From the IMG/VR virus record IMGVR_UViG_3300045988_150439: a stretch of 64,000 bases of DNA. One strand, 5' to 3'. Shown piece by piece: positions 17,903 through 28,593 of the stretch (positions are counted from its first letter, which is position 1; the number at the start of each line of letters is the position of its first letter). The stretch is from a virus (Duplodnaviria > Heunggongvirae > Uroviricota > Caudoviricetes). The notes beneath the pieces are model-generated. The model saw only the letters and a program-made list of their open reading frames with translations, was not told the DNA's origin and did not search any database. The position numbers were made by a program, and so were the translations under genes.

Positions 17903-18511
17903 ATGCGTTTAGAAAATTGCCTAGAAGATATGAGTGTCATTAGCAATGCCCTTGCTACTGTGACCTCTAACGCTTCACGCTTTTCAAACGCAAAGCCTAC
18001 AGCTAAATCTGGGCGTGATTTTATTGAACCGCGTGGATATCGACGCTTCCGTGGCACGATGAAGCCCTCTGCGAAATTCACAGGATTCAAAACACAAACC
18101 TATGTGAGCACTGCGGCTATTCCTGTTCAAGAGAACCGCGATGCGGCACAGCTGGCAAAGATTGAAAGCAAGCTCGCAAAATTGACGGCGAAACACGTTC
18201 GCTTAGCCCATGCCATCTCTGGATGGAAAGCGGAAAAGATTCGCAGCAACTTCGGTGAAAGTCGTTACGAAGAACTGAAGAACGTTGACCTGACCATTCG
18301 TGGTTTGGAGGGATTCGTTAACAAGTTGATTCGCGACTCTGAGCAACCTCATCCATATTTGAAACGCTTGAGCGATTCTGTAACTGAGTATCGTTTAGCT
18401 ATCTCTGATCTGCTATTGATTTTAAATCAGTGTTTTAACGACGTAAACGTCATCGAATCGCAGACTGGCCTCATTGATGAGGACGTCTTCGCCAACTTCT
18501 CATTCCATTGA
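17903..18511 (+). CDS. hypothetical protein (possible antitoxin partner of downstream YafO-like gene)
   Basis: 202 aa ORF, Ala/Lys-rich central helix; ends 10 nt before the downstream gene. Confidence 0.4.
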   Translation: MRLENCLEDMSVISNALATVTSNASRFSNAKPTAKSGRDFIEPRGYRRFRGTMKPSAKFTGFKTQTYVSTAAIPVQENRDAAQLAKIESKLAKLTAKHVRLAHAISGWKAEKIRSNFGESRYEELKNVDLTIRGLEGFVNKLIRDSEQPHPYLKRLSDSVTEYRLAISDLLLILNQCFNDVNVIESQTGLIDEDVFANFSFH

Positions 18512-18520
18512 GGTTGAACG

Positions 18521-18931
18521 ATGAAGATCACATGGAACAGTGATAGTTACGCCCAATTTTTAAAGCCGACCTTCGATATAAAGCCTGACTTAGAGATTAC
18601 GTTACTCAACGATTTCAAGTCGTTTAAACAAGGCATGTACCCAGCCCTATTCGGCAAAGATGGCCCGTATACGGCTCCTGGTGCTATCGTGTCCTCCCGC
18701 GTTTATCACGTTCATCTCTTGTTCACGAAGCAAGAACGAACCAGCAGCCGCAGCAGATTCAATTGCACAAGCGACCGTGCACTCGTTTACAGTCAACATG
18801 CACATTTCCAAGATGTGTATAGCCTATTGGCAATCTTCCCTAACAACGCACATCAGTACGCGAAAGATCCAAAAATTATGGTCGATATCGCTGCCTACGC
18901 GGCCGCATTTCAAGCTCTCACTAACCCTTAA
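18521..18931 (+). CDS. YafO-like toxin candidate
   Basis: 136 aa; FKSFKQGMYPALFGKDG, VYHVHLLF, ALVYSQHAHF, LLAIFPNNAH blocks resemble my recollection of E. coli YafO. Confidence 0.4.
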   Translation: MKITWNSDSYAQFLKPTFDIKPDLEITLLNDFKSFKQGMYPALFGKDGPYTAPGAIVSSRVYHVHLLFTKQERTSSRSRFNCTSDRALVYSQHAHFQDVYSLLAIFPNNAHQYAKDPKIMVDIAAYAAAFQALTNP

Positions 18932-19104
18932 CAATCATATTAATAACGCCTCAGAATTTAAATTCCTCCCTTAAATGATTCCATACCTACTATGTATGGA
19001 ATCATTACTAAAAATGAGTTACTTTGACTCTTGATCCTATAAGAATCTATGCCTAATATACTGTTTACTTATACAGTGTATCGGCGTAACTCGGTGATTG
19101 TCAT

Positions 19105-20208
19105 ATGAAAAATAGCTTTGACAGAGCACGCGCAGCGGAGAACACCTCAAAAGAGGCGATTGAGTATCTCGAAAGAGCATCTCAAATGCAGGCCGTTATG
19201 ATCTCGCAGGTTAGCAATGACATGAGATTCTCAGACGCATTCATGTTATTCACTCGCTTATCTCTGCTAATAACAAGACGTCGGCCAGAGATCGCTGTTC
19301 ACTGTATTTTGATACATGTTTTGCCGCACATTGCTGATGTAAAAGTAAGTGACATTAATAGGTTCATGGTGAACCAACTGGTCAACCCACTAATACTGGA
19401 TGGCAAAATTGTTATGGGCCGCCGCGTTTTCTCTCTGATGAAGCAGTTCCTTAGCTGGTGCGCCTTCCAGGGGATGATAGACGTGTCACCGTTAAACGAT
19501 ATGTCACTTAACAAAGTTGCCGGTGGCGCAAAGCCCACACCTCGCGAGCGGAAGCTGACCGACGCAGAGGTATGGGTGTTCTGGAATATATGGGACTACT
19601 TCAATGTGTGTGCTGGTACAAAATGGGCGGCAAGGCTATGTCTTGTATCCGCAAGACGACCTGATGAAGTACTGCGGGCTAAAAAAAGTGAGTTCAATCT
19701 TAAGCGTGGGGTTTGGAATCAAGGCAAAAGAAACAAGTCAGCACGTGAGCATTCGCTGCCTTTAAGCACATTAATGCGCACATGCATTGAAGAGTTGTTC
19801 GAATACGGTAAAGATAGCCAGTGGCTCGTTCCTTCGAATAAAAAAATCGGGAAAGACCTTCCTATGTCTAAAGTGGCAATAGCCCAGGCATTACGTCGTA
19901 TTCTGGAACGACCAGAACTGATGGAGCTTGAGCCATTTACACCCCGAGATTTGCGCCGTACTGCGCGTAGTTACTTCCCAGCATTAGGCATAAGCCAGGA
20001 GGTATCACGTAAAATCATGAACCACAGTCTTGAGGGGATAGATCGGGTCTACGACCGGCACGATTATATGGACGAGATGCGAGACGCCTTAGAAAGTTTC
20101 TCGACGTACATCGCATCAATCGTAGAGCAACCGGATTTAGACGAAATTGACCACAAATTTAAGGGAGATCGTCTATCAACAGAGCTTATTCGTGTAAATT
20201 TTTCATAG
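19105..20208 (+). CDS. tyrosine site-specific recombinase
   Basis: 367 aa; C-terminal catalytic region with RDLRRTARS, HSLEG, and Tyr motif VYDRHDY. Confidence 0.7.
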   Translation: MKNSFDRARAAENTSKEAIEYLERASQMQAVMISQVSNDMRFSDAFMLFTRLSLLITRRRPEIAVHCILIHVLPHIADVKVSDINRFMVNQLVNPLILDGKIVMGRRVFSLMKQFLSWCAFQGMIDVSPLNDMSLNKVAGGAKPTPRERKLTDAEVWVFWNIWDYFNVCAGTKWAARLCLVSARRPDEVLRAKKSEFNLKRGVWNQGKRNKSAREHSLPLSTLMRTCIEELFEYGKDSQWLVPSNKKIGKDLPMSKVAIAQALRRILERPELMELEPFTPRDLRRTARSYFPALGISQEVSRKIMNHSLEGIDRVYDRHDYMDEMRDALESFSTYIASIVEQPDLDEIDHKFKGDRLSTELIRVNFS

Positions 20209-20589
20209 AGACTTTATGGCCTCAACAACCTTTTGTGATGCGCCTTTCTCTTTACCGAATCGCTCGTTATATGCAGCAAGAACCTGTTTTTCGTCCTCGT
20301 TAAGAGGAGCAGTGCCTTCTTTGTATAAAAATGCTGCGAGTTCGGGTTGACGTTCTTCCAGCACCATCATCATAAGACGACTTGGCTCAATACCCAGTGC
20401 CAGCGCCAGCGGACGAACCTTATCGATAGGCAAAGGAATTTTGCCGCTTTTAATTAAAGAAAGGTTGTTGGCGTTTTTATACCCAATTGTTTTGGCTATC
20501 TGGGCCTGGCTCATAGGTGAGGATTCAATCAACCCTGCGATAAAAGCAGCGTAGCGACTTTCTATAAATTCAATCTTGTTATCAGACAT
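20203..20589 (-). CDS. helix-turn-helix DNA-binding regulator (XRE-like)
   Basis: 128 aa; HTH segment MSQAQIAKTIGYKNANNLSLIKSG; convergent with recombinase gene. Confidence 0.6.
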   Translation of the reverse strand: MSDNKIEFIESRYAAFIAGLIESSPMSQAQIAKTIGYKNANNLSLIKSGKIPLPIDKVRPLALALGIEPSRLMMMVLEERQPELAAFLYKEGTAPLNEDEKQVLAAYNERFGKEKGASQKVVEAIKSL

Positions 20590-20840
20590 GGTTACAACCT
20601 TTGCGCGTTCAATTCTCTCTGGTAAGTGCTTACCGATATTACATCAAAGGTTAGGGTTGTAAAGCTATTATCATTTTTTTCGATAGGCACTTAAAATACC
20701 GGTTAAAGGCCATTGCACGGAGAAAAATTAGCCCAAAATAGGTAAGAAAATCAACTTTCATATGATATGAATGTATTCAGTATTGATACAAATTTTAGTA
20801 GTATTCCTTACCATAGTATAAGTTAGAATGGATTGATTGA

Positions 20841-21053
20841 ATGAAAACCACTATTTCCAGCCTAATCGCTCTTGAGATGGGACACGTACAGAAATTAGCT
20901 GATGAGTGTGTAGCTGACATCCTCACCGATCTGCCGAATGAGCAGATTCAGGTTGGTGTGAATGACACAACTGGCTTTATATTCGAACTTAACAACAAAC
21001 GCTTCACGCTTCTCAATACCGGCTCCTGGTCTTTAGCCGTCAGAATCTGTTAA
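20841..21053 (+). CDS. hypothetical protein (70 aa)
   Basis: ORF only; followed by inverted repeat ctgcgcgaa / ttcgcgcag. Confidence 0.35.
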   Translation: MKTTISSLIALEMGHVQKLADECVADILTDLPNEQIQVGVNDTTGFIFELNNKRFTLLNTGSWSLAVRIC

Positions 21054-21151
21054 CCCCTCTTCTCCCTGCGCGAATGGCTTAGTTCCCTGTTCGCGCAGTG
21101 CTACATTAAACAAACTAGTAAATAATTTGTTTTCATAACAAAGGATTAGCC

Positions 21152-23260
21152 ATGTCTAAAAAACGTTCCATCAAAGAGGTTCAGGACTTCCGTGACAGTG
21201 TAAAACGAGTAGTCGCTCTCCTTTCAGGCAAAAACATCCCTGTTGCAGAACGAGGGGACGACGCTTATGTACGCTATAACGATGATGGAGAGCCAATTCT
21301 CGTAAACATCCCATCAATCCCGGATAACGCAACACCGGCATTGATGAATGCTGTGCGCGGATTTCTCGATCATGAGGTTGCTCACATTTTGTTTACCGAT
21401 ATTCGTGTGTCCAACAAAATGAGAGAAAAAGGACGCGTTCCTTCCTGGTCGCTATGGAATGCCTTAGAAGACGTGTTCATCGAGCGAAAAATGGGTCAGG
21501 TCTTTAACGGAACAAGACGTAATCTGATGGCAACTCAGCGCCTTATAATCGAAAAAGTCTTTAAACCAAAGGCTTCAGAGGCTATTGCTTATTGTGGCAA
21601 AGATCAGCGCGCGCTTTTTCTAAACTTCTTTCTCTGTCCGGTTGTAAGAGCCTGGGATGGCCAAGCACCGTTCGTAGATTTCATGGATGAATATTGGCCT
21701 GTCATTGAGAAACCAATTTCATTATTAAAAGAACATGGTATCGATGTGGCCATGCGTAACATGTCTTGCACCGAGGATTGTGTAAAGGTGGCTGCGACCA
21801 TAGCTAAGATCCTCAAAGACACTGAAAGTGAAAGCAAAGGTAAGGAGTCAGCTCCGGGAAAAACTTCCGATCCTTCAGACGCTGACCAGACGGATGCCTC
21901 TGGAGAAAATAATGAAGATAACGAAGATCATGAGACACCCTCAGCGTTAGATAATCACAAATCTATCAAATCAGAATCACACAGTAAGCACAAACATGAT
22001 AATAACGACAGTGATGATTCAGATAATTCTGAATCATCAGAAACAATATTCAATGATACAGAAAATGATAAAGAGGTATCAGATTCTGATGCTTCTGATA
22101 ACGCGGCGTCAGAATCATTAACCGCTGACCACGAAAAAAGAAAAACGACAGAAGACGGCTCTTCAGATATTCCAACTCCGTCAAAAATGAGTCTGGAAGA
22201 GGCTTTAGAGGTGCTGGATAGCATAGAAGATGAAGTCGGAGGCATGACAGAAGATGCTCTATCCGAAACGATTAAAAGCGAGTTAACAGAAAGCTCGAAA
22301 AGCGAATACAGGCCATACAATCGCTCATACGACTTCATCGGCTCGATTGATCAGGCAGAAGCCCATATCAAACGGCTTATTAAAACATTCTCCGATATTG
22401 ATTTAGGTGGATATCCAATCAGCCGTTATCGCATCGTTCCTGAAGGCAACCAACTCTTCGACAAATATATTGAAAAGCACCTTTCGTCAGGTGTTTCGTC
22501 GACGCTGGCAAAAGACCTGGAACGTGCAATAGCAAGCAGAAACAGAGTTCAGTTTATACCTGGCCAGCGTCGGGGGCGCATTCATGGTTCAAGTATCTAC
22601 AGATTAACAATGAATGATGATCGCGTGTTTCGTAAAAAAGAAGAATCTAAAGCCGTTAACGCCTGTGTTCAACAAGTGATTGATTTATCGGGTTCAATGA
22701 GTGGCGAAACGATAAAACTAGCTCTTGCAAGTGCATATACCATCGCCGATGCACTTGATCGAATAAATGTTCCCAACATTATCACCGGCTTCACTACATT
22801 TGGCAATCATATGGCAGCAGGAGAACTTAAGGCTATCAAATATGAGTTCTCTCGCTTTGAATCTTTAATGCTACCTATCATCAAAAATTGGAATGAAAAA
22901 GCAAATTCTCGCGAAGTTCGCTCACGTATGGGGTGCGTAGGCTACACATTCCCACTTCTTAATAACGTGGATGGTGAAAGCATAGCCAGCCTTGCATCGT
23001 TATTTTCCGGTCGCTTGGAGGACAGGAAGATCATGCTTGTTCTGAGCGATGGCGAGCCGTGGGCTGTTGGGAGAGGTTTTGACGCTCATTTGCGTTCGGT
23101 TGCGAAGCAAATTGAAACGCAGACTGACATTGATTTGATGGCAATTGGCATCATGACTGACGCACCGGAGAGATTTTACTCAAATCATGCCCTGGTAACG
23201 AGCGTTGATAGTCTTGGTTCATCTGTAGTTACTGAACTATCTCGTATCATTTTGAAGTAA
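21152..23260 (+). CDS. CobT-like VWA-domain protein
   Basis: 702 aa; long Ser/Asp/Glu-rich acidic linker; C-terminal VWA with MIDAS motif DLSGSMSG; AAA+ partner follows. Confidence 0.6.
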   Translation: MSKKRSIKEVQDFRDSVKRVVALLSGKNIPVAERGDDAYVRYNDDGEPILVNIPSIPDNATPALMNAVRGFLDHEVAHILFTDIRVSNKMREKGRVPSWSLWNALEDVFIERKMGQVFNGTRRNLMATQRLIIEKVFKPKASEAIAYCGKDQRALFLNFFLCPVVRAWDGQAPFVDFMDEYWPVIEKPISLLKEHGIDVAMRNMSCTEDCVKVAATIAKILKDTESESKGKESAPGKTSDPSDADQTDASGENNEDNEDHETPSALDNHKSIKSESHSKHKHDNNDSDDSDNSESSETIFNDTENDKEVSDSDASDNAASESLTADHEKRKTTEDGSSDIPTPSKMSLEEALEVLDSIEDEVGGMTEDALSETIKSELTESSKSEYRPYNRSYDFIGSIDQAEAHIKRLIKTFSDIDLGGYPISRYRIVPEGNQLFDKYIEKHLSSGVSSTLAKDLERAIASRNRVQFIPGQRRGRIHGSSIYRLTMNDDRVFRKKEESKAVNACVQQVIDLSGSMSGETIKLALASAYTIADALDRINVPNIITGFTTFGNHMAAGELKAIKYEFSRFESLMLPIIKNWNEKANSREVRSRMGCVGYTFPLLNNVDGESIASLASLFSGRLEDRKIMLVLSDGEPWAVGRGFDAHLRSVAKQIETQTDIDLMAIGIMTDAPERFYSNHALVTSVDSLGSSVVTELSRIILK

Positions 23261-23355
23261 TTAAAACAGCCTTAAAGATAAGTAACTACTTACCATAGTT
23301 AATGGTATATTTATATAAGAACTTGAACGCTCATTAGAGAACAAAGGAAAAGCGC

Positions 23356-24591
23356 ATGACTACTACTGCACTGCAAAATGAAAAAAATCATTCTGATTAC
23401 CTTGTTTGCAAGTGGTGCGGCAAATCATTTCACTATTTTAAGTCCCATGTAGCCAATGGTAATTGCGAGGGCATTCCTGAGTCAGTAAAAGATGCCGATC
23501 CTGACACCGTACTGAAAATGTACACAACGCAGTTTCCAGATGAACCAACGCTATCGAAAAAGGCACTTGATGCAATTCAAGCTAAACGTGCCGAGCAAAA
23601 AAGCGAAATGGCGAAATCTTCTGGCTTGACCAGTAGCCCAGGCTACACAGGCACAGTTGAGTACAAGACAGATCTGGTCGCAGCTCACGAACTGCTAAAC
23701 GTAACGGTGGAAGAACTCGGAACAAAACGTGGGACGCCGCTCATGGTTAGCGTCAACGTCAATACGCCGTATCCAGAGTTCGTTCCAGAAGTGAAGAAGG
23801 GCTACGTATATGGCGACTTCGAACTGATCAAAGATATTTTCATGATGCTTGAACTTGGCATACCTGGCTATTTGTGGGGTCATGCAGGAACAGGCAAATC
23901 GTCATTGCCTACACAGCTATGTGCTTTGCTCAATCGTCCGTTGATCCGTGCCCAACATACAGCATCAATGGAAGAGGCACATGTTACGGGGCAAATTCTG
24001 GCGCGTGATGGCTCTACGTATTTCGAACCTGGCTTGCTTGCGCTCGCAATGAAGCATGGCTGGGTTTACCTCGCGGATGAATACGACTTTGCGTTTCCAC
24101 AAATTCTTGGCGTGTATCAGCCAGTGCTGGAAGGTGAGGCGTTGGTCATCAAAGAGGCAACTCCAGAATGGCGTCGCATTACTCCGCATGAACGGTTTGC
24201 TTTCATTGGCACTGGCAACACAAACGGTTCTGGTGATGAAACCGGCTTGTACCAGGGTACAAACATCCAGAACGCCGCGAACTTTTCGCGTTTTGGCATC
24301 GTTTCGAATGTGAAATACATGAGCAAAGACGCAGAGATCAACATGTTGATAAATGCCGGTATCGTGGATGAATACGCTGAAAAGATGGTTAAGTTTGCCG
24401 GTATCGTTCGCGATGGATACGAAGAACACCTTATCAGTCAGCCAATTGGCCCTCGTGAACTTTTGTTGTCGGCCAAGATTGGAATGATGCGAGGCGACTT
24501 TGTGACAGGTATTGAGCGTTCTTTCATTAACAAACTCCCTTCAGCTTCTGCACAAGCGGCTCGTGAAGTTGTTCAAAAAATATTTGGTTAA
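23356..24591 (+). CDS. MoxR/CobS-like AAA+ ATPase
   Basis: Walker A GHAGTGKSS, Walker B VYLADEYD; N-terminal Cys cluster CKWCGKSF. Confidence 0.65.
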   Translation: MTTTALQNEKNHSDYLVCKWCGKSFHYFKSHVANGNCEGIPESVKDADPDTVLKMYTTQFPDEPTLSKKALDAIQAKRAEQKSEMAKSSGLTSSPGYTGTVEYKTDLVAAHELLNVTVEELGTKRGTPLMVSVNVNTPYPEFVPEVKKGYVYGDFELIKDIFMMLELGIPGYLWGHAGTGKSSLPTQLCALLNRPLIRAQHTASMEEAHVTGQILARDGSTYFEPGLLALAMKHGWVYLADEYDFAFPQILGVYQPVLEGEALVIKEATPEWRRITPHERFAFIGTGNTNGSGDETGLYQGTNIQNAANFSRFGIVSNVKYMSKDAEINMLINAGIVDEYAEKMVKFAGIVRDGYEEHLISQPIGPRELLLSAKIGMMRGDFVTGIERSFINKLPSASAQAAREVVQKIFG

Positions 24592-24771
24592 TCGTGCGTA
24601 AAGGATGTTTCGGCTCTCTTATCGCTGCTTCTGAAACTGGCAAGGCTTGTCTGGGGTGTCCAGACAAGCCCGATTGTCACCAATCAGCAAAAGAAGTTGC
24701 GATTTCGATGTATGGGAAGTTCGTAGGCTTCCCCAATGACAAAATCAAAAAAACCAGAAAGGTAAAAACAC

Positions 24772-27700
24772 ATGAAGGCACTGATGGTTCGAACTGACTT
24801 CTCACTTGGGGAGTCGGCTCTAAAAGCAGAAAACGCGGTGAAGATTGCCAGAGAAGCTGGCTACACCGCTGTAATTTCAGCAGATAGCATGAATATTGCA
24901 AGTGTTATTCCACTACAACGTGCCGCTGGTGACGACATGGCGGTTATTTGTGGTGTGAAACTAAACATTGTTGATGATCCCACATACGAGCACCGGGCTA
25001 AACTTGCTAAAGAATCTATGAGATGTATGGAATCATTAGAGCGGGGACGCAACTACTCGTTTACCGCTCTAATTAAAAATGAGCAAGGATATCGCGACAT
25101 CTGCGAACTAATGACGGCGGCCAACACACGAGAACAGTTCTACTTTGTACCGCGTCTCTCGCTCGAACAGTTGGTTTCTACATATGCCAAAGGCAACATC
25201 ATCCTGCTTACTTCCGACATCGGTAGCGTGTTCCAACGCAACGATTTTGCAAAAATCATAAGCACACTGATTACAGCGGGTGGAAAAGACAACTTCTATA
25301 GTGTGGTTTATCCGCACCCTACCCCATTCTACGACCAGATTAACGTCCGGGCGATGAAAGTCGCCAGCGCACTGAAAATAGAGCCAGTAGCGTTTTATCC
25401 CGCTTATTACGAATCGATCGACGATGCAGACATTAAAGACATTGCGCACATGGTTACGAACAACATCAAAATCGACCAGCCGCATCGTCTGCGTATCCCC
25501 CACCAGCGAGATAACGCCATCAATGGTCGTCGCCATCTCCTTGAGGCGCTTAAAGCCTTCTCCGTTCGCATGGATGTGCCGGTAACAGCTGCAATGGCCT
25601 CAACAACGCAGGACTCCATTATCGATGCCTGCACATGGCGCTGGCATGAATTGCCACCAGCACTGCCCAAGATGGCAGACGACGAACCTGCAACGCTGAT
25701 GAAACTGGCTGTTGAAGGGCTGCGTAAACGTCTTACCACAAAAGAGTTTGGATACACACCACCTGCTTCTGAGAACAGGGTTTATGTTGAGCGGCTAAAG
25801 TACGAAATGGACACGCTGACTCGCCTGGGATTCTGTGGTTACTTCCTGATGGTACGCGATCTGATGAATCATAGTCGTGAAACTGGCATTCCCGTTGGGC
25901 CTGGTCGTGGTTCCTCTGCCGGTTCTCTGGTGGCGTGGTGCATAGGCATAACCAACGTCGACCCAATCCGTCACGGTCTTCTGTTTGAGCGTTTCATCAA
26001 CCCTGAGCGTCTCGACTTGCCGGATGCGGACTTGGACTTCAGCCAGGCACGTCGCCATGAGGTGATCGAGTATCTGAATGAACGCTACGGCGAAGATTAC
26101 GTTGCAGGCATTCCGAACTTCACCTATCTGGGCGCGGCATCTGCGCTGCGTGACACTGCACGTATTTACGGTGTCGATGCTGCGGATATGGCGGTATCCA
26201 AAGAGTTCAAGAATATGGAGGACGACAGCCTGTCTCTGGAAGAGCTGCGCGAGCAACTGGCCAGCCTGGACAAATACGCCACGAAAAACCCGGAAGCGTT
26301 CAAAGCGGCGTGTAAGCTGCAAAGCCTGATGCGTGGTTTTGGTCGTCACGCTGCGGGGATGATCGTCGCTGGCGTTCCATTAGTAGAGCGCACGCCCGTC
26401 GAGCTGCGTGGCAATGCTCGATGTATTGCGTTCGATAAACGTTACTGCGAGGCGATGGGGCTGATTAAGTTGGACGTTCTCGGTCTGGCAACACTCGATC
26501 TTCTGGATAGCGCGAAACGCTACATCAAAGAGAGCACCGGTGAAGACATCAATCTCGACGCTATCCCACTGGACGATCGCAAGGTTCTGGATGGGTTCGC
26601 TGCAGGGTACACGCAGGGCGTATTCCAGCTGGAGTCCGGCCCCATGCGTAAGCTGCTTAAAGATCTGGGCGGTGGCATCGAGCCAATGAGTTTCAAAACC
26701 GTTGTCGCAACTACCGCCCTCTTCCGACCGGGACCGATTCAATCCGGCATGTTGGATGACTATGTTTCCGTTGCGAAAGGATTTATGACGCCTACATCAC
26801 TACATCCTGTCTTGGATGAACTGACCTCTGAAACAAATGGAGTGATTCTCTATCAGGAACAAACGATGAACGCAACAAGGCTTCTTGCTGGTTTCACAAT
26901 GGCTGAGGCGGATGGTGTGCGTTCAGCAATCGGTAAGAAGAACATGGAAAAGATGAGGAGCATGGGTGAGAAATTTGTCATTCAGGCTCAAGCTGGGTGG
27001 ATCGACGTAGAGCTTGAAAATGGCGCAATACAACGGATTCATCGCGCAGAACATTTTAAATGCGAGGACGGTACTCTGAGGACAGTTGAAGAGGCGTTGG
27101 AGCATGGAGTGAAGCTGCCAATGCCAGTTGTGCGCGTTACAACGTCACATCCGGGTCTGTCTGAGACGAAGGCAAAAGAGATATGGACTGCATTTGAGAA
27201 AAACGGAGCCTATCAGTTCAATAAATCACACTCCGTTGCTTATTCTTTAATCAGTTATCAGTCTATGTGGCTAAAGACGCACTACCCTGCTGAGTTCTTC
27301 GCAGCTGCGCTCACCATTCTGGGCGAGGATAAGCATCAGGGGCTGGTGAAGGATGCGCTGACCTATGGCATTCGCGTATTGCCACCAGACGTTAATGTGT
27401 CATCTAACCGAATTGAGATCCGCACACTCGAAGACGGCAGTCAGGCACTGTATGCGCCATTCTCTGCTGTGAAAGGCTGTTCTGAAAATGGTTGTCAGGC
27501 AATTATGCGTGCGCGTGAGAAAGTTGGTGGCAAATTCGAGTCAGTGGCACAATTCGATGAAGCGGTCGAGAAGCGTGCATGTAACAGTCGTGTACGCGAG
27601 TCGCTTCATAAAGTAGGGGCTTTTGCGTCAATTGAGCCAGGCAGTCTGCCAGCAACTGATCCTGAACGACTGCGCGACCAGGCTGAGCTGATGGGCAATC

Positions 27701-28290
27701 TCATCATTGACGCTGTTAAAGCATCACGTCCGTTCGAAATGAATCCTAAGCGTTCTGCCGAAATCAACGTACTCATGACACGTATGGCGGTTGAAATGGG
27801 CTTGGGTGAGGAGTTGATACGCCCGACTATTGGTATTAAACCCAAAATCATGATCATTCTGGACAATGCGAACGGCAATGACGCTCGTACCGGCTACTTC
27901 ATGGAGAACGGATACGACGACTTTAAGGCAAAACTACTGACAGTTGGAGATCTGCGCATGGGCGATCTTTATGTCACGGGTGTTTGTAAGAAGGTTAAGG
28001 ACAAAGAGAAAGACTATACCAAAGACGAGATAGGCCAGTTCACAGACTTTATGCGGGAAGAAATTAATCTTGTACGACCAACCTACATTTTGACGTGTGG
28101 TAGTCGTTCAACCGCACTATTTAACAATAAGAGTAAACCATCAGATCTGATTGGTCGTAAGGAGTACTTCCCAGAGCTTGATGCAACCGTCTTCTACGGA
28201 TTTAACCCGAATATCCTGTACTTCCGACCGGAAGAAGGAGAGCGACTGGAGGCCATTCTGGCTGATATCGCGGAGACAATAAATAAGTAA
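24772..28290 (+). CDS. dnaE: DNA polymerase III alpha-like (family C) replicative polymerase
   Basis: 1172 aa; N-terminal PHP-like region; core motif GFCGYFLMVRDLMNHSRETGIPVGPGRGSSAGSLVAWCIGITNVDP and LDLPDADLDF. Confidence 0.85.
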   Translation: MKALMVRTDFSLGESALKAENAVKIAREAGYTAVISADSMNIASVIPLQRAAGDDMAVICGVKLNIVDDPTYEHRAKLAKESMRCMESLERGRNYSFTALIKNEQGYRDICELMTAANTREQFYFVPRLSLEQLVSTYAKGNIILLTSDIGSVFQRNDFAKIISTLITAGGKDNFYSVVYPHPTPFYDQINVRAMKVASALKIEPVAFYPAYYESIDDADIKDIAHMVTNNIKIDQPHRLRIPHQRDNAINGRRHLLEALKAFSVRMDVPVTAAMASTTQDSIIDACTWRWHELPPALPKMADDEPATLMKLAVEGLRKRLTTKEFGYTPPASENRVYVERLKYEMDTLTRLGFCGYFLMVRDLMNHSRETGIPVGPGRGSSAGSLVAWCIGITNVDPIRHGLLFERFINPERLDLPDADLDFSQARRHEVIEYLNERYGEDYVAGIPNFTYLGAASALRDTARIYGVDAADMAVSKEFKNMEDDSLSLEELREQLASLDKYATKNPEAFKAACKLQSLMRGFGRHAAGMIVAGVPLVERTPVELRGNARCIAFDKRYCEAMGLIKLDVLGLATLDLLDSAKRYIKESTGEDINLDAIPLDDRKVLDGFAAGYTQGVFQLESGPMRKLLKDLGGGIEPMSFKTVVATTALFRPGPIQSGMLDDYVSVAKGFMTPTSLHPVLDELTSETNGVILYQEQTMNATRLLAGFTMAEADGVRSAIGKKNMEKMRSMGEKFVIQAQAGWIDVELENGAIQRIHRAEHFKCEDGTLRTVEEALEHGVKLPMPVVRVTTSHPGLSETKAKEIWTAFEKNGAYQFNKSHSVAYSLISYQSMWLKTHYPAEFFAAALTILGEDKHQGLVKDALTYGIRVLPPDVNVSSNRIEIRTLEDGSQALYAPFSAVKGCSENGCQAIMRAREKVGGKFESVAQFDEAVEKRACNSRVRESLHKVGAFASIEPGSLPATDPERLRDQAELMGNLIIDAVKASRPFEMNPKRSAEINVLMTRMAVEMGLGEELIRPTIGIKPKIMIILDNANGNDARTGYFMENGYDDFKAKLLTVGDLRMGDLYVTGVCKKVKDKEKDYTKDEIGQFTDFMREEINLVRPTYILTCGSRSTALFNNKSKPSDLIGRKEYFPELDATVFYGFNPNILYFRPEEGERLEAILADIAETINK

Positions 28291-28296
28291 TAAAGA

Positions 28297-28322
28297 AAAC
28301 CCGCCTGTTGGCGGGTTTATAA
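28297..28322 (+). terminator. rho-independent terminator
   Basis: aaacccgcc-tgtt-ggcgggttt followed by ataaag. Confidence 0.6.
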
Positions 28323-28593
28323 AGAATTATGGCGCTTGTTGAGGAAGTCACTCCTCTTACGCACTTTGTTTTGCCATGCCGGCAGTTAGCTTCTGCCTTT
28401 GACTATTCATGCGGCAACCCCGCATTTCGCCACAATGGGCAATTCACTTTTATGGAATAAACTGGCCGTTGTGTCGATTTAATTAGCATGGCCTTACCAT
28501 GCTAATTTATTCAACTTGTAAAATCCTACAAATCTATCCACTCAGGCTTACACCGTCTTCGTTATTGTAGAAATGAGGATCATCAGCGTTGAA

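Noticed and set aside
24594-24797. 67-aa Cys-containing ORF between the AAA+ gene and dnaE
   Set aside because: Overlaps the dnaE ribosome-binding site and start and has no convincing start context; kept only as a possibility.
25108-26742. Several minus-strand ORFs of 116-184 aa inside the dnaE gene
   Set aside because: Antisense to a gene with strong polymerase motifs; typical spurious antisense frames.
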